Positions 1-10,849 of a DNA stretch of 24,088 bases are shown here, piece after piece. Both the position numbers and the translations under genes were made by a program. The notes under the pieces were generated by a model. The model had not been told where the DNA came from and made no database searches. It saw only the letters and a list, made by a program, of their open reading frames with translations. Source of the stretch: Fastidiosibacter lacustris (GTDB lineage: Bacteria; Pseudomonadota; Gammaproteobacteria; Francisellales; Francisellaceae); contig NZ_QLIR01000025.1 in NCBI RefSeq assembly GCF_003428155.1, positions 1 through 24,088 of the forward strand, given 5' to 3'. Position 1 is the stretch's first letter. Every line of letters begins with the position of its first letter.

Positions 1-7
1 GAGAGTT

Positions 8-123
8 ACCTGATGATAATAGCGACTGTGAACCACCTGAATCCATTCCGAACTCAGAAGTGAAAACAGTTAGCGTCGATGATAGTGTGGCATTCGTCAT
101 GTGAAAGTAGAACATCATCAGGT
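8..123 (+). rRNA. rrf: 5S ribosomal RNA
   Basis: acctgatgat...atcatcaggt terminal stem plus the internal conserved block 'gaaccacctgaatccattccgaactcagaagtgaaa'; length ~115 nt. Confidence 0.93.
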
Positions 124-129
124 TTTTTA
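112..129 (+). terminator. possible end-of-rRNA-operon transcription stop (5S 3' stem followed by T-run)
   Basis: catcatcaggttttttattt immediately after the closing 5S stem. Confidence 0.4.
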
Positions 130-464
130 TTTGTCATTAGTTTATCAATACGATAAAAACGACCCTTCCCTCTTTAACTTTTTTAAAATATCCTGTATAC
201 AATCGAAGTCTTCATATCACTTCAATTTGGCAATTCCCATTTTTACTAATGGCAACACCACCAAAAAGCCCTTTGAAAACAAGTCCTTAAAATCAAACTT
301 TGAGTACAACTAGTCTCTTAGCAGAAAATAAAAAACATTATATACAGAGGGGTTCTATGATAGCCAATGGAACTTTTCTTTTTTTGTGGTACAATGTCGA
401 CCAATTTTCAGTGGCTGAATGACTTGTCATAGCTGAAATAGCTGATCAATATAAAGGTACCTAG

Positions 465-1709
465 ATGACACTTATTTCTTTAGCAATTGATTATAAAAAA
501 GCATCCCTTGACGTTCGTGGAGCATTTGCACTTGAAACTGAGTGTTTGTCAAGTTATTTACAATCGCTTAAAGCACAAGCAGGTGTGAGGCAATGTATGA
601 TTTTATCTACTTGCAATCGCACTGAAATCTATGTTGTGTTGTCTGAATTACGTCAGCTTGATTTGGTAATTGCTTGGTGGCAGATAAATGCCAAAAGGGC
701 GGACTTAGATCTTAAAAATTATCTTATCATCCGCCAAGAAACACACGTTGTTCACCACTTGATGCGTTTGAGTTGTGGTCTGGAATCAATGGTACTTGGT
801 GAGCCGCAAATACTCGGACAAATAAAACAAGCTTACGCTCAAGCAATAACTGTTGGAACTTTGGGAGGAACGCTAAACCGCCTTTGTCAGAAGGTATTTT
901 CAGTGGCCAAATATACCCGCTTTCATACTGATATTGGTCAATGTCCTGTTTCAGTTGCTTTTTCTGCTATAAGCTTAGCTAGGCAACACCTTGATCACTT
1001 CGAAGATAAAACGATCTTGGTTATTGGTGCGGGAGACACTGCTAACTTAGTTGCAAGACACCTTAATTCATGTATGCCAAAAGCGCTTTTTATTGCTAAT
1101 CGAACATTAGATAAAGCCCAAAAGGTAGCTGATCAGTATCGCGCCAAAGCATTTGATTTGAACGCTTTAGACGAGTTGGTTAATCAAGCGGATATTATTG
1201 TCAGTGCGGTGAGGTGCCCAGGTTTTATGGTAACGGTCGATATGTTGACAAAAAATACAGGTTATAAGCTACTGATAGATCTATCTGTACCAAGGGTTAT
1301 CGATCCGATGCTTGACCATCTGTCTCATATTACAACTTATTGTGTCGACGATATTCAAGGGTTAATTCAAACGAATAAGGCTCTACGCGAAAAAGCGGCT
1401 TTACGCGCGGAAAAATGGATTGAAAAAGGCTTAAATGATTACATCAATCATGAAAAAGCAATTCTCTCAGATTCTACAATCAAAGCGATGCGTGCTCAGA
1501 CGAAAGACATTATTGATGAGGAGCTAAGCCGTTGTTTGCGTCGTTTAGAAAATGGTGAAGATCCTAAAATGGTATTAACGCGCTTTGCTCACAATCTTAA
1601 TAATAAATGGCTGCATACACCTAGTGTATCGTTACGAAATGCAGCCGTTCAAGGGCGTAATGATATATTGGGTTACGCTGAGGAAATTTTTGGTTTAAAA
1701 GGTAGATAA
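465..1709 (+). CDS. hemA: glutamyl-tRNA reductase
   Basis: 414 aa; [12 protein letters not shown] catalytic Cys motif, [23 protein letters not shown] nucleotide-binding motif; precedes prfA. Confidence 0.95.
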   Translation: MTLISLAIDYKKASLDVRGAFALETECLSSYLQSLKAQAGVRQCMILSTCNRTEIYVVLSELRQLDLVIAWWQINAKRADLDLKNYLIIRQETHVVHHLMRLSCGLESMVLGEPQILGQIKQAYAQAITVGTLGGTLNRLCQKVFSVAKYTRFHTDIGQCPVSVAFSAISLARQHLDHFEDKTILVIGAGDTANLVARHLNSCMPKALFIANRTLDKAQKVADQYRAKAFDLNALDELVNQADIIVSAVRCPGFMVTVDMLTKNTGYKLLIDLSVPRVIDPMLDHLSHITTYCVDDIQGLIQTNKALREKAALRAEKWIEKGLNDYINHEKAILSDSTIKAMRAQTKDIIDEELSRCLRRLENGEDPKMVLTRFAHNLNNKWLHTPSVSLRNAAVQGRNDILGYAEEIFGLKGR

Positions 1710-1717
1710 TAATATTT

Positions 1718-2809
1718 ATGAAAGAGTCAATCAAAAGAAAACTACAAGGCTTAATTGAGCGTCATGAAGAAATTGGTGTACTTCTTGGAGAAGCCGAAAT
1801 TATTAGTGACCAAAGTAAGTTTCGTGATCTGTCAAAAGAATATGCCCAACTTGAGCCCTTAGTCACAACCTTTAAAGCGTACGATAAAGCACAACAAGAC
1901 ATTATCAGCACCAAAGAAATGCTCAAAGAAAGTGACACTGAAATGAGAGAAATGGCTAAAGAAGAGCTTGTCCAAACCGAACAAAAGATGGAGCGTTTAA
2001 CAAAAGACCTGGAAATTCTGTTGTTACCTAAAGATCCTAATGACAGCGCTAATGTATTTTTAGAAATACGTGCAGGAACGGGAGGTGATGAGGCCGCTAT
2101 TTTTTCTGGTGATTTGTTTAGAATGTATAGTCGCTATGCTGAAACTAAAGGTTGGAAAATAGAAATCGTAAGTCAAAGTGAAGGTGAACATGGGGGATTT
2201 AAAGAAATTATTACCAAGGTTTCGGGTGAAAACGTTTACTCACAACTTAAGTTTGAATCTGGTGCCCATCGTGTGCAACGCGTACCTGCCACAGAATCCC
2301 AAGGTAGAGTTCATACTTCAGCCTGCACAGTTGCTGTCATGCCAGAAGCAGATGAAGTTGAAGGTATTGAAATTAATCCTGCTGACTTAAAAGTCGATAC
2401 GTTTAGAGCATCAGGGGCAGGTGGTCAACATATCAACAAAACAGATTCGGCTATTCGCATCACACATATTCCAACGGGTGTAGTTGTCGAGTGCCAAGAT
2501 CAGCGTTCCCAACACAAAAACCGTGCCCAAGCGATGTCAATGTTAAAAGCTAAGCTTTTACAAGCAGAAATAGATAAGCAGCAGCAACAGCAGTCTAGCC
2601 AGCGCAAGAGCCTTGTTGGTAGTGGTGATAGATCAGAACGTATTCGCACTTATAATTTCCCGCAGGGGCGTGTTACTGATCATCGAATTAATCTTACACT
2701 CTATAAGCTTGATGAAGTCATGGAAGGTGACCTTGGGTCAGTAATACAGCCACTTATTCAAGAATATCAAGCTGACTTATTAGTTCAAATGTCGGAAGAC
2801 AATGGCTAA
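1718..2809 (+). CDS. prfA: peptide chain release factor 1
   Basis: 363 aa; [20 protein letters not shown] motif (GGQ) and [14 protein letters not shown]. Confidence 0.96.
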   Translation: MKESIKRKLQGLIERHEEIGVLLGEAEIISDQSKFRDLSKEYAQLEPLVTTFKAYDKAQQDIISTKEMLKESDTEMREMAKEELVQTEQKMERLTKDLEILLLPKDPNDSANVFLEIRAGTGGDEAAIFSGDLFRMYSRYAETKGWKIEIVSQSEGEHGGFKEIITKVSGENVYSQLKFESGAHRVQRVPATESQGRVHTSACTVAVMPEADEVEGIEINPADLKVDTFRASGAGGQHINKTDSAIRITHIPTGVVVECQDQRSQHKNRAQAMSMLKAKLLQAEIDKQQQQQSSQRKSLVGSGDRSERIRTYNFPQGRVTDHRINLTLYKLDEVMEGDLGSVIQPLIQEYQADLLVQMSEDNG

Positions 2810-3668
2810 TACCATCAAGACCATTCTTCTTAGCTACCCTCAACGCTTAAACGGCATTTCTGATACGGTAAGGCTTGATGTTGAGTGTTTGCTTTGTCAT
2901 GTATTAAATGTTTCTAAAAGCTACCTTTATACTTGGTCAGAAAAGCAATTGACCCAAGCACAGCTTTACCAGTTTAATCGACTTTTTGATGAACGCCTAC
3001 AGGGCAAGCCCGTTGCTTATCTTACTGGTAAACAGGGTTTTTGGAATTTAGAGTTAATAGTGAACGAGCATACGCTTATCCCGCGAGCTGATACTGAAGT
3101 GCTTATTGATGCTATTCTTAACCGATTCGCAAATGCCTCAGACTTGACAGTGTTGGATCTTGGTACAGGAAGTGGTGCTATTGCATTGGCTTTGGCAAAC
3201 TCAAAGCCAAGCTGGAATGTTATTGCGGTAGATAACTGCCTTAAGGCACTCACAATTGCCAAAGAGAACGCTCAACGACATGGTATTGATAATGTCACTT
3301 TTTTGTGTGGTAGTTGGTATCAACCCTTAGCTAATGAAAGTTTTGACATTATTGTTTCTAATCCACCCTACATCGATAAAAATGACCAAGCTTTATGTGA
3401 TAAAGTACGTCAATATGAACCAAATAATGCACTTATTGCGAATAATAACGGATTAGCGGATATTGCACATATTATCACGCATGGTAAATGCTATCTAAAA
3501 CCCAGTGGTTTTATGATTATTGAACATGGCTATCAACAGGCCAAAGATGTGGCTGAACTTTTTAAGCAATATAGCTATACAGATGTTTTACATTATTATG
3601 ACCTTGCTCACCATAAACGGGCAACAAGTGCCAACGCAGAAATTCTTAAAACAATGATATTTCGATAA
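2802..3668 (+). CDS. prmC: peptide chain release factor N5-glutamine methyltransferase
   Basis: 288 aa; SNPPYID motif, [18 protein letters not shown]-binding motif; overlaps the prfA end. Confidence 0.94.
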   Translation: MANTIKTILLSYPQRLNGISDTVRLDVECLLCHVLNVSKSYLYTWSEKQLTQAQLYQFNRLFDERLQGKPVAYLTGKQGFWNLELIVNEHTLIPRADTEVLIDAILNRFANASDLTVLDLGTGSGAIALALANSKPSWNVIAVDNCLKALTIAKENAQRHGIDNVTFLCGSWYQPLANESFDIIVSNPPYIDKNDQALCDKVRQYEPNNALIANNNGLADIAHIITHGKCYLKPSGFMIIEHGYQQAKDVAELFKQYSYTDVLHYYDLAHHKRATSANAEILKTMIFR

Positions 3669-3769
3669 GGTTTGTTGCATTACACAGCATCTTAAACTCA
3701 AATAAAATTATGATTTAAAGTTTCTGAAGACATCAGCTTAGCAAATGAAATTTCAAAGTGGCTGCTTGT

Positions 3770-4603
3770 TTAGGCATAACTTGTTCGCCACATAGGTGAT
3801 GTTTGAGTCGTCAATGTTGCAACTTGCTCGGTAGAAAAAGTATTAAAAAAATTTAATCCTGTGCGCTGTTCGACTTCTTTAACCGATACACGGTATTTGG
3901 CAACATCTTTCTTATCTATATTAGCGTTGGGCATGATAAAAGCAATCGACTTATTCTGCCTTGGTGCATAGATTACTTTAAAGAAATATTCAGGCACGAA
4001 AACTTTGTTTTTGCCGATTGTTTTGTGTGTTTTACTGTTTTTAAACACAGGGCCCGTATAAACATAGAGCTCTTGATACATCTGCGCCCAAAAGCGCACA
4101 TCCCCTTCAAGCTTAGCCCAGCCTTTACGATTTAATCCCGGTCTTTGTGGTGACATATTTGAGAGATAAAAGGATTGAGTGGCACTTGTTTTACTGAAGT
4201 CCATCGACGCATAAGGCGCCAAGTGTCCACGGTCATAACCACTATTTTTATAGTCCGAAAGTTCAGCACGATATTTAAAAGGTATAGTAGGATCGCTCTG
4301 AAATTCATCCTGTCTTTTTTTCTTATTTGAAGCAGATTTGGCAGTTAAACGATATGCCACCCAGCTAGGTTGTTTTGTTGTATAGTTATATCCAACAATA
4401 TAGCCTTCACGGCAAAGATATAAATCAACTTTGCCACCAGGGCTGCCATATTTTAAAAAGCCATTGCAATAGTTAGTGGTTGCTGGCAATGTGGTAATAG
4501 CGCTTTGAGTCAAGCTCGTTATATTGGCAAAACTTAAACGTGTAAATGCCAGCACCATTATAGTGAGTAAAATAGGATAATAACGAATAAGTCGCGTAAC
4601 CAT
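3770..4603 (-). CDS. secreted/periplasmic DNA/RNA non-specific endonuclease (NUC family)
   Basis: 277 aa with N-terminal hydrophobic signal; YDRGHLAPYASMDF and YLSNMSPQRPGLNRKGWAKLE are the NUC active-site region. Confidence 0.88.
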   Translation of the reverse strand: MVTRLIRYYPILLTIMVLAFTRLSFANITSLTQSAITTLPATTNYCNGFLKYGSPGGKVDLYLCREGYIVGYNYTTKQPSWVAYRLTAKSASNKKKRQDEFQSDPTIPFKYRAELSDYKNSGYDRGHLAPYASMDFSKTSATQSFYLSNMSPQRPGLNRKGWAKLEGDVRFWAQMYQELYVYTGPVFKNSKTHKTIGKNKVFVPEYFFKVIYAPRQNKSIAFIMPNANIDKKDVAKYRVSVKEVEQRTGLNFFNTFSTEQVATLTTQTSPMWRTSYA

Positions 4604-4736
4604 AATATATTATTAATTCAATGTGCGGGGACCTTAAGATATAAGAAACTTACCCAATAATAAAGCTTTTATGCGCTAAGTTTTGACCATTGCCGTAAAA
4701 TTTCGAAGATAAAATAAATTGTAGATTAGTTAAAAG

Positions 4737-5849
4737 TTAAATCTTGAAGTAATTACTCATTACTTTAAACACTTCATCGCCTTCGTGCATCGTTGCTGAA
4801 GAGGTTCTTGTTAGCAAAATAGCATTAATTGGCAGCGTAATTTCAATCGCTTCTTGTATTCCCAAAATACTGCTTTGTGTATGCAAAGAGCCTAATTTCA
4901 CATGCTTGTTATGAATTTTTCCTAATTGTGCATCGTCATATTCTATTATTCCACCCAATGATGCACGCACTCGGAAAAAGTCAGCTTCTTGACAGCCATA
5001 TTTTTTATCCTGAGTTTCGGGGATGTTATTGTTTTGAATATAAGCAATCATACCGTTTAATAAATTTTGTGCTGACTTACTATCAAATGTTTCTTTATTA
5101 CCCATCTCGTAAGTAAAAGCGTGCTTGGGTGATTGTTGTTCCTCACCTGTCAATTCGTTCCAATAGGTTATCAACTGCCACCACGGGTAAAAGATAGCTT
5201 GATTGAAACAACCGCTTGGCTCATTTGGGGTGAAGATAAAGTAATCACTGATAAAGTGACATAGACGCTTATCTTTTAAATAACTTGGCGCATAAATATA
5301 AGGAACTGATATTGAGTCACAATGTAGATCAAAGCTAAAGTCTGCATCCAAAGCAAGCTTATGCAGTGTATTGGCAAGCTTTTCATGAGGTGCAATATCG
5401 TGTTGGATACAAACTTGAAGGCGTTTGGACAAAAGCTTATGAAATGCCTGACATAATTGATCAAAACCTTGGTTTTGATACTTTACTACAAACTCTTGTA
5501 AGTCGATTTTATCCAATCCACAAACAGGCATAAGCAAATTTTTAAACCCTCGATTCCAATTTTCTCCAGTCTTGGTATCAAAACGACCATAGGTATATTC
5601 GCCAATTTTAATATCCATTGCAAATGGGTTAGCAAATGGCACAAGTGTGACATTATAAGGAAAGTCATTTTTTTCTAAAAACTCTCGCATTGCCTTTATC
5701 AAGGCAATCCCATTGGTTTCAGCAGCATGTAAAGCAGCTTGTAAATACACATTGGCTTTTGCTTGCGGGTGCCGATACTCAATAACACTGATCTTATGTG
5801 CTAAACCAGAAATCATTGTTCTTAAAGGAATCTTTCGAATGTTTATCAT
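4737..5849 (-). CDS. succinylglutamate desuccinylase/aspartoacylase-like (M14-type) protein
   Basis: 370 aa; ANPFAMD, NWNRGFKN, DLHCDS and a C-terminal 'RTSSATMHEGDEVFKVMSN' barrel-like domain; 4-nt overlap with dapF. Confidence 0.65.
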   Translation of the reverse strand: MINIRKIPLRTMISGLAHKISVIEYRHPQAKANVYLQAALHAAETNGIALIKAMREFLEKNDFPYNVTLVPFANPFAMDIKIGEYTYGRFDTKTGENWNRGFKNLLMPVCGLDKIDLQEFVVKYQNQGFDQLCQAFHKLLSKRLQVCIQHDIAPHEKLANTLHKLALDADFSFDLHCDSISVPYIYAPSYLKDKRLCHFISDYFIFTPNEPSGCFNQAIFYPWWQLITYWNELTGEEQQSPKHAFTYEMGNKETFDSKSAQNLLNGMIAYIQNNNIPETQDKKYGCQEADFFRVRASLGGIIEYDDAQLGKIHNKHVKLGSLHTQSSILGIQEAIEITLPINAILLTRTSSATMHEGDEVFKVMSNYFKI

Positions 5850-6637
5850 CTTATTACTCTTATTTCACCATCAAAGACATGTACAACCGAGCCTACTAAC
5901 ACATAGCCATTATCAACCACGTTTACTTCGAGTTCAGCAACTGCATTTTCTACCTTAACAGCTGAAGTTAAAAAACCCAAGTAAATACCAGCAAACACCG
6001 AAGCAATACTGCCACTGCCACAAGATGGTGTTACTCCTGTTCCACGTTCCCAATGTTGGACATAAATTTTATCTTTAGCTAAACGTTTAACACAATGCAC
6101 ATTAATACCATCTATGTATTGTCGTTGTATTGTTTGTCCAAGCGTATTAAAATCAAATGCTGGTGCATTTGCCTTAAGCCAAAGTACTAAGTGAGGATTA
6201 CCAACATCGACCTCAATTCCGTATTCAAATAATTGACTACCAGCTAAATTATAGGTCAGTGGTTTTAAGATCGGTAGTCCAAGGTTAACACTGATAGTGT
6301 CTTTTGAGGCGCGCTGGCACGCATAATGCTTGCCTTCTACTTCAATTGTAATCGACTCTTGGTGCATATTTTCTTTCAGGAATAAATATGCCACAGCGCG
6401 CAAACCATTACCACACTGTTTTGCCTGGCTGCCATCTTGATTATAAATGGATATTTTCACATCCGCTATCTGAGAAGCTCTTATTAATAACAACTGATCA
6501 GCACCTATCCCAAAACGTCGATCACATAGGTTTTGGATTTCTCCTAATTGCCAATCACATTGTCCTTTACGCTCATCAATTACAATAAAATCATTACCCA
6601 ATGCGCACATTTTGTGAAATTTCAATACTTTACTCAC
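5846..6637 (-). CDS. dapF: diaminopimelate epimerase
   Basis: 263 aa; FHKMCALGNDFIVID, NQDGSQAKQCGNGLRAV, ERGTGVTPSCGSGSIA (both catalytic Cys regions). Confidence 0.92.
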   Translation of the reverse strand: MSKVLKFHKMCALGNDFIVIDERKGQCDWQLGEIQNLCDRRFGIGADQLLLIRASQIADVKISIYNQDGSQAKQCGNGLRAVAYLFLKENMHQESITIEVEGKHYACQRASKDTISVNLGLPILKPLTYNLAGSQLFEYGIEVDVGNPHLVLWLKANAPAFDFNTLGQTIQRQYIDGINVHCVKRLAKDKIYVQHWERGTGVTPSCGSGSIASVFAGIYLGFLTSAVKVENAVAELEVNVVDNGYVLVGSVVHVFDGEIRVIR

Positions 6638-7868
6638 TCACATAATCCTTAATAATCAATGATGTATTAATTCCACCAAAGGCAAAATTATTACTCATAA
6701 TGTATTTTGGTTTTAACTGCCGTGGGATACCGATAATATAATCAAGCTTAGCGCATTCACTATCGACTTCGGACAAATTTAACGTTGGCATAAATATACC
6801 TTCTTTCATCATCATAATTGAAAGCCAAACTTCAAGTGCGCCACACGCACCAAGCGTATGTCCAAAGTTACCCTTTAATGAGCTCACTGCAACACGATCA
6901 CCAAATATAGAAAAGGTTGCATGACTTTCAGCTACATCTCCTTGTTCAGTTGCGGTACCATGTGTTGAAATGTAGCCAATGGCACTTGGATCAATGGCAG
7001 CATCATTTAATGCTAGTTTCAACGCATCACACATTTTATCAGCTGTTGGCTGAGTAATATGTTTGGCATCACAATTTGTACCAAATCCAACTATTTCTGC
7101 ATAAATATAGGCACCACGTTTTTTAGCGTGTTCATATTCTTCCAACACCAATGTACAGGCGCCTTCTCCAATTACAAGACCATCGCGATTTTTATCAAAT
7201 GGGCTTGGAGTTGTGTGAGGGGCGTCATTTTTTTGGCTTGTTGCAAACAAAGTATCAAAGATTGTGACTTGGCTTGGACATAGCTCTTCTGCTCCACCTG
7301 TAAGCATAATTTTTTGATAACCATGCTTTATTGTTTCATAGGCATAACCAATTGCTTGTGAGCTTGATGTACAAGCACTTGACGTTGGGATCACACGTCC
7401 AGTCAACCCTAAAAATAGTGCGAGATTGACTGCACAAGTATGACTCATTGATTTAACATACGTTGTGGCGCTTACATTTTTCACCGTTTTTTCGGTTTCA
7501 ATTTTGATTAAATCACATAAAGCTTGTGTGCTACCTGAGCACGAGCCATAGGCAATACCAATTTCTCCACTTTCCAATAACGTTTTATCTTCAAGTAAGT
7601 TAGCATCAATCAACGCCTTCTCCGAAGCAACACTCGCCAATTGTGCCACTCTACCCATTCCCCTTAGCTGTTTACGCGTATAATGTGCTGGCACTTTAAA
7701 ATTTAGGATTGGAGCCCCCAAACTTGTATGTAAGCCTTTAATTTTTTTCCATTCTTCCATACTTTTAGTTGCTGTTTTAGCCGATATAAGCGCTTGTTTA
7801 ATCTCTTGCCAACTATTGCCTAATGCGGTAATGCCTCCCATTCCTGTAACAACCACACGTTTTGTCAT
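6630..7868 (-). CDS. beta-ketoacyl-ACP synthase (FabF/ApeR-like)
   Basis: MTKRVVVTGMGGITALG start inside the 6630..7928 ORF; SSACTSSSQA, HGTATEQGD, GHTLGACGALE catalytic motifs; overlaps the upstream reductase. Confidence 0.85.
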   Translation of the reverse strand: MTKRVVVTGMGGITALGNSWQEIKQALISAKTATKSMEEWKKIKGLHTSLGAPILNFKVPAHYTRKQLRGMGRVAQLASVASEKALIDANLLEDKTLLESGEIGIAYGSCSGSTQALCDLIKIETEKTVKNVSATTYVKSMSHTCAVNLALFLGLTGRVIPTSSACTSSSQAIGYAYETIKHGYQKIMLTGGAEELCPSQVTIFDTLFATSQKNDAPHTTPSPFDKNRDGLVIGEGACTLVLEEYEHAKKRGAYIYAEIVGFGTNCDAKHITQPTADKMCDALKLALNDAAIDPSAIGYISTHGTATEQGDVAESHATFSIFGDRVAVSSLKGNFGHTLGACGALEVWLSIMMMKEGIFMPTLNLSEVDSECAKLDYIIGIPRQLKPKYIMSNNFAFGGINTSLIIKDYVSE

Positions 7869-8590
7869 ATCAAACCTCCATTGACAGAGATAATTTGACG
7901 TGTGACATAGCTTGCAGCATCTGAACAAAGAAAATTAATCACTGAAGCCACTTCTTCTGCCTTCCCTGCGCGACGCATAGGAATATATTTTTCAATTTCA
8001 TCTTTATACTCCAGATCACTAGTCATGTTTGTTTCGATCAGACCAGGTGCGACGCAATTTACTGTAATTTTGCGTTTGGCAAGCTCTAGTGCCAAGGCCT
8101 TTGTTGCACCAATAATACCTGATTTTGCAGCACTATAATTAACCTGTCCTCTATTACCAGCTATCCCAGAAACGGAGGCCAAAGTAACAATTCTTCCTCC
8201 TTTTCTTAATTGAATCATCGGCATAATACAAGGCTTTAGTACATTATAAAATCCATCTAAATTGGTATGGATGATTTTATCCCACGCTTCTGCGTCCATC
8301 GCTGGGAAAGCCACATCTTCGCAAATGCCTGCATTGTTGACAATAGCATAAAACGCACCATTTCGAGCAATTTCTTGTTCTAATTTTGTAAAACAATCTT
8401 GTCTATTTTCAAGATTAAATTGGATCAAATTTGCTTGACCACCTTTGGTTTGTATCTCATCAATTGTATATCTTGCACCTTCCTCATCACGATTATAATG
8501 CACAACCAACTCAAATCCAGATTGCGCCAACATAATTGCTGTTGCTTGACCAATACCTTTACTTGCGCCTGTTACTAATACTCTTCTCAT
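7865..8590 (-). CDS. 3-oxoacyl-ACP reductase (FabG/ApeQ-like SDR)
   Basis: 241 aa; RVLVTGASKGIGQATA, NNAG, YSAAKSG and C-terminal SDEASYVTRQIISVNGGLI-type ending. Confidence 0.85.
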   Translation of the reverse strand: MRRVLVTGASKGIGQATAIMLAQSGFELVVHYNRDEEGARYTIDEIQTKGGQANLIQFNLENRQDCFTKLEQEIARNGAFYAIVNNAGICEDVAFPAMDAEAWDKIIHTNLDGFYNVLKPCIMPMIQLRKGGRIVTLASVSGIAGNRGQVNYSAAKSGIIGATKALALELAKRKITVNCVAPGLIETNMTSDLEYKDEIEKYIPMRRAGKAEEVASVINFLCSDAASYVTRQIISVNGGLI

Positions 8591-9045
8591 TAAAACGTTT
8601 TCCCTTTAACAATTTGTTCGAATTCTTTAGCGCTTGGCTGATAAGCACTGAATTTTGCAGTTGCTATACATTTGCCATGCAGTTGAATTTGACACAAAAA
8701 CACACCAATTGGGTCAATGATCATTTCTTTATTAGCAATGATCGTTAGCATTTCACCTTTGGCAAACACAGATTGTTTTGTTTTGAAATTACGTACACTT
8801 ATCATGAAGCCACGCCTGGGTGTATGATCACTTTCGCTGCCTTCAAAATAAGCAAGTGCAGCTGATGCTTGCGCCATCATTTCAATACCTACCCAAGCAT
8901 ATATACCTTGAATTTGATAATCGTAAAAGACATGGTTTGCAGTAATTTTTGCTGTACATATCGCTTGCTCTTCATTTATATAATCCAATGAGTCAATCAA
9001 GCGCATTGGTGGACTTTGCGGGATGATTTCTGCTAAATGATACAT
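8590..9045 (-). CDS. hotdog-fold 3-hydroxyacyl-ACP dehydratase-like (ApeP-like)
   Basis: 151 aa; 'IIPQSPPMRLIDSLDYI' and 'GIYAWVGIEMMAQASAAL'; position between KS and KR. Confidence 0.72.
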   Translation of the reverse strand: MYHLAEIIPQSPPMRLIDSLDYINEEQAICTAKITANHVFYDYQIQGIYAWVGIEMMAQASAALAYFEGSESDHTPRRGFMISVRNFKTKQSVFAKGEMLTIIANKEMIIDPIGVFLCQIQLHGKCIATAKFSAYQPSAKEFEQIVKGKTF

Positions 9046-9048
9046 AAA

Positions 9049-10260
9049 TCATTCCTTACTCAATGATGTTTTAAACGACGAGTTTGCTGCAATAATTAGA
9101 CTTATATTATTACCACCAAAAGCAAAGGAGTTACTCATAAAATATGGTTTTTGCCAAATACTATTATCACCTGTTAATTTGATTTTGGGTAAATTTGGAT
9201 CAAAATTATCATTGCCAACTTGGGCAGGTAATTGTTTATCTGGATTATATTCAGTAGATAGTAAAAGCCAACATAAGCCCAATTCAGTTGCACTTGCTGC
9301 ACCCAAGGTGTGACCTGTTAATGGTTTAGTTGAACTACAATATACTTGATCAGTAAAAATATCAAAAATTGCTTTGCTTTCGATTTCATCATTTTTTTGT
9401 GTTGCTGTGCCATGTGTATTGATATATCCAATATCATCAGGGTTTAAATTTGCATCCTTTAATGCCTTTAGCATTGCCACTTTAGCTCCCATGCCTTCTG
9501 GATCAGGAGCGGTGATATGATACGCATCAGAAGTTTCTCCACCTCCGACAAATATTATTTCACTTTGATGTTTACTTAAGATAAAAAGTGACGCTCCTTC
9601 ACCAATGTTAATACCATCTCTATCAATCTGAAAAGGTTTACAAATATTAGAAGTCATTGAATCTAATGCATCAAAACCATTAAGTGGCACCTGTGATAAC
9701 GTATCTGAGCCACCTACAATACAAAGTTCACATATATTGGCCTCAATTAATCGCTTTGCCGCCATAAACGTTTTTCCACTAGATGAGCATGCTGTTGAAA
9801 TCGTATATATCGGTCCTTTAGCACCACAAAGATCAGCCACAAATTGTGCCATTTTGCCAAACTCTTGTTTGTGATAATGAAAACGCCTAGGCATAGCTTT
9901 AGTTTTAGCATGTACTATATAAGCTTGTTCACTTTCCAAAATACCAGCTGTACTAGTTCCAAGAATAACTGCAATGCGAGCAGGATTAATGCTGGCAGAC
10001 AAGCTTCGATAGTTTTTTTGGATTTGGCTAAATGCTGCTAACAGCATTCGATTGTTACGGCAATCAATCTTAGCATAACGCTTATCTAAAGCTGGTAATT
10101 CACAACTTACTTGACCAACGTAGGTTTTTCTACCACTAAAAAGCTGATCATATGGTTTTAAAGCTGTTTTATTTGTCAAAAGTGCACGTGCAATTTCTGC
10201 TTTATTACAACCTAAAGCATTGATAGCACCCATGTCATTAATATAAATTTTACTGTGCAT
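9049..10260 (-). CDS. beta-ketoacyl-ACP synthase (ApeO-like)
   Basis: 403 aa; YTISTACSSSGKTFM, NTHGTATQKND, GHTLGAASATELGL. Confidence 0.82.
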   Translation of the reverse strand: MHSKIYINDMGAINALGCNKAEIARALLTNKTALKPYDQLFSGRKTYVGQVSCELPALDKRYAKIDCRNNRMLLAAFSQIQKNYRSLSASINPARIAVILGTSTAGILESEQAYIVHAKTKAMPRRFHYHKQEFGKMAQFVADLCGAKGPIYTISTACSSSGKTFMAAKRLIEANICELCIVGGSDTLSQVPLNGFDALDSMTSNICKPFQIDRDGINIGEGASLFILSKHQSEIIFVGGGETSDAYHITAPDPEGMGAKVAMLKALKDANLNPDDIGYINTHGTATQKNDEIESKAIFDIFTDQVYCSSTKPLTGHTLGAASATELGLCWLLLSTEYNPDKQLPAQVGNDNFDPNLPKIKLTGDNSIWQKPYFMSNSFAFGGNNISLIIAANSSFKTSLSKE

Positions 10261-10264
10261 ACTC

Positions 10265-10849
10265 TTACACCAGTTTATGGAATAATGCCGAAGGTTGTGT
10301 CAAAAATTCTTCGATGAGTTCAAAGCTAACGTCAATGTTACTATAGGAGTGACCTTGACCTGTTTTTATATCGATGTGCGCACAGGCAAAGACCTGTTCT
10401 GCTAGATGAGCAGGTGTGATTGTATCATCTTGTTGTAACAGCAATAGATAATCATTCATGTGTTTAAGTTGCTTTGGCATGGCATTCACTAATGCCATTG
10501 CCTCGTGATACATATCGCTATATTGTGGCATTAAAGCAATCAAATCTAAGCGTGAAGCTGGATTGATTAAAATGACTTTGTCAATATCACTTCGCGTCTG
10601 TTTTAATAAATGCGCCATATAACCGCCTAGTGAGCTACCGATAATTACTTTACTATCAGCTTTAGCCTGAGATAAGAGTCGATCGATCATACTCATTGCT
10701 TGTTGTGTATTCATGGTTAAATGTGGCATGTCGATTTGAGCATTTGGATATTTTTGCTTAAACCATTGTTTAAGCTTTTGCGCTTTGGGTGAAGTCGGTG
10801 ACCCTTGAAAACCATGTAGATACAAAAAATATTTGCTTAGCTTACTCAT
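10265..10849 (-). CDS. YqiA-like (UPF0227) alpha/beta-hydrolase/esterase
   Basis: MSKLSKYFLYLHGFQGSPTSPKAQ and VIIGSSLGGYMAHLL (GxSLGG); start chosen at the internal Met of the 10265..10879 ORF. Confidence 0.68.
   Translation of the reverse strand: MSKLSKYFLYLHGFQGSPTSPKAQKLKQWFKQKYPNAQIDMPHLTMNTQQAMSMIDRLLSQAKADSKVIIGSSLGGYMAHLLKQTRSDIDKVILINPASRLDLIALMPQYSDMYHEAMALVNAMPKQLKHMNDYLLLLQQDDTITPAHLAEQVFACAHIDIKTGQGHSYSNIDVSFELIEEFLTQPSALFHKLV

Noticed and set aside
101-313. 70-aa ORF starting inside the 5S rRNA
   Set aside because: Overlaps the rRNA 3' end and T-run; composition is non-protein-like.
2178-2390. ORF inside prfA, and similar internal/antisense ORFs (3017-3262, 4877-5116, 5276-5464, 7059-7283, 12127-12357, 18461-18823, 19708-19983, 22720-22923)
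   Set aside because: All are embedded in confidently assigned genes and look like shadow ORFs.
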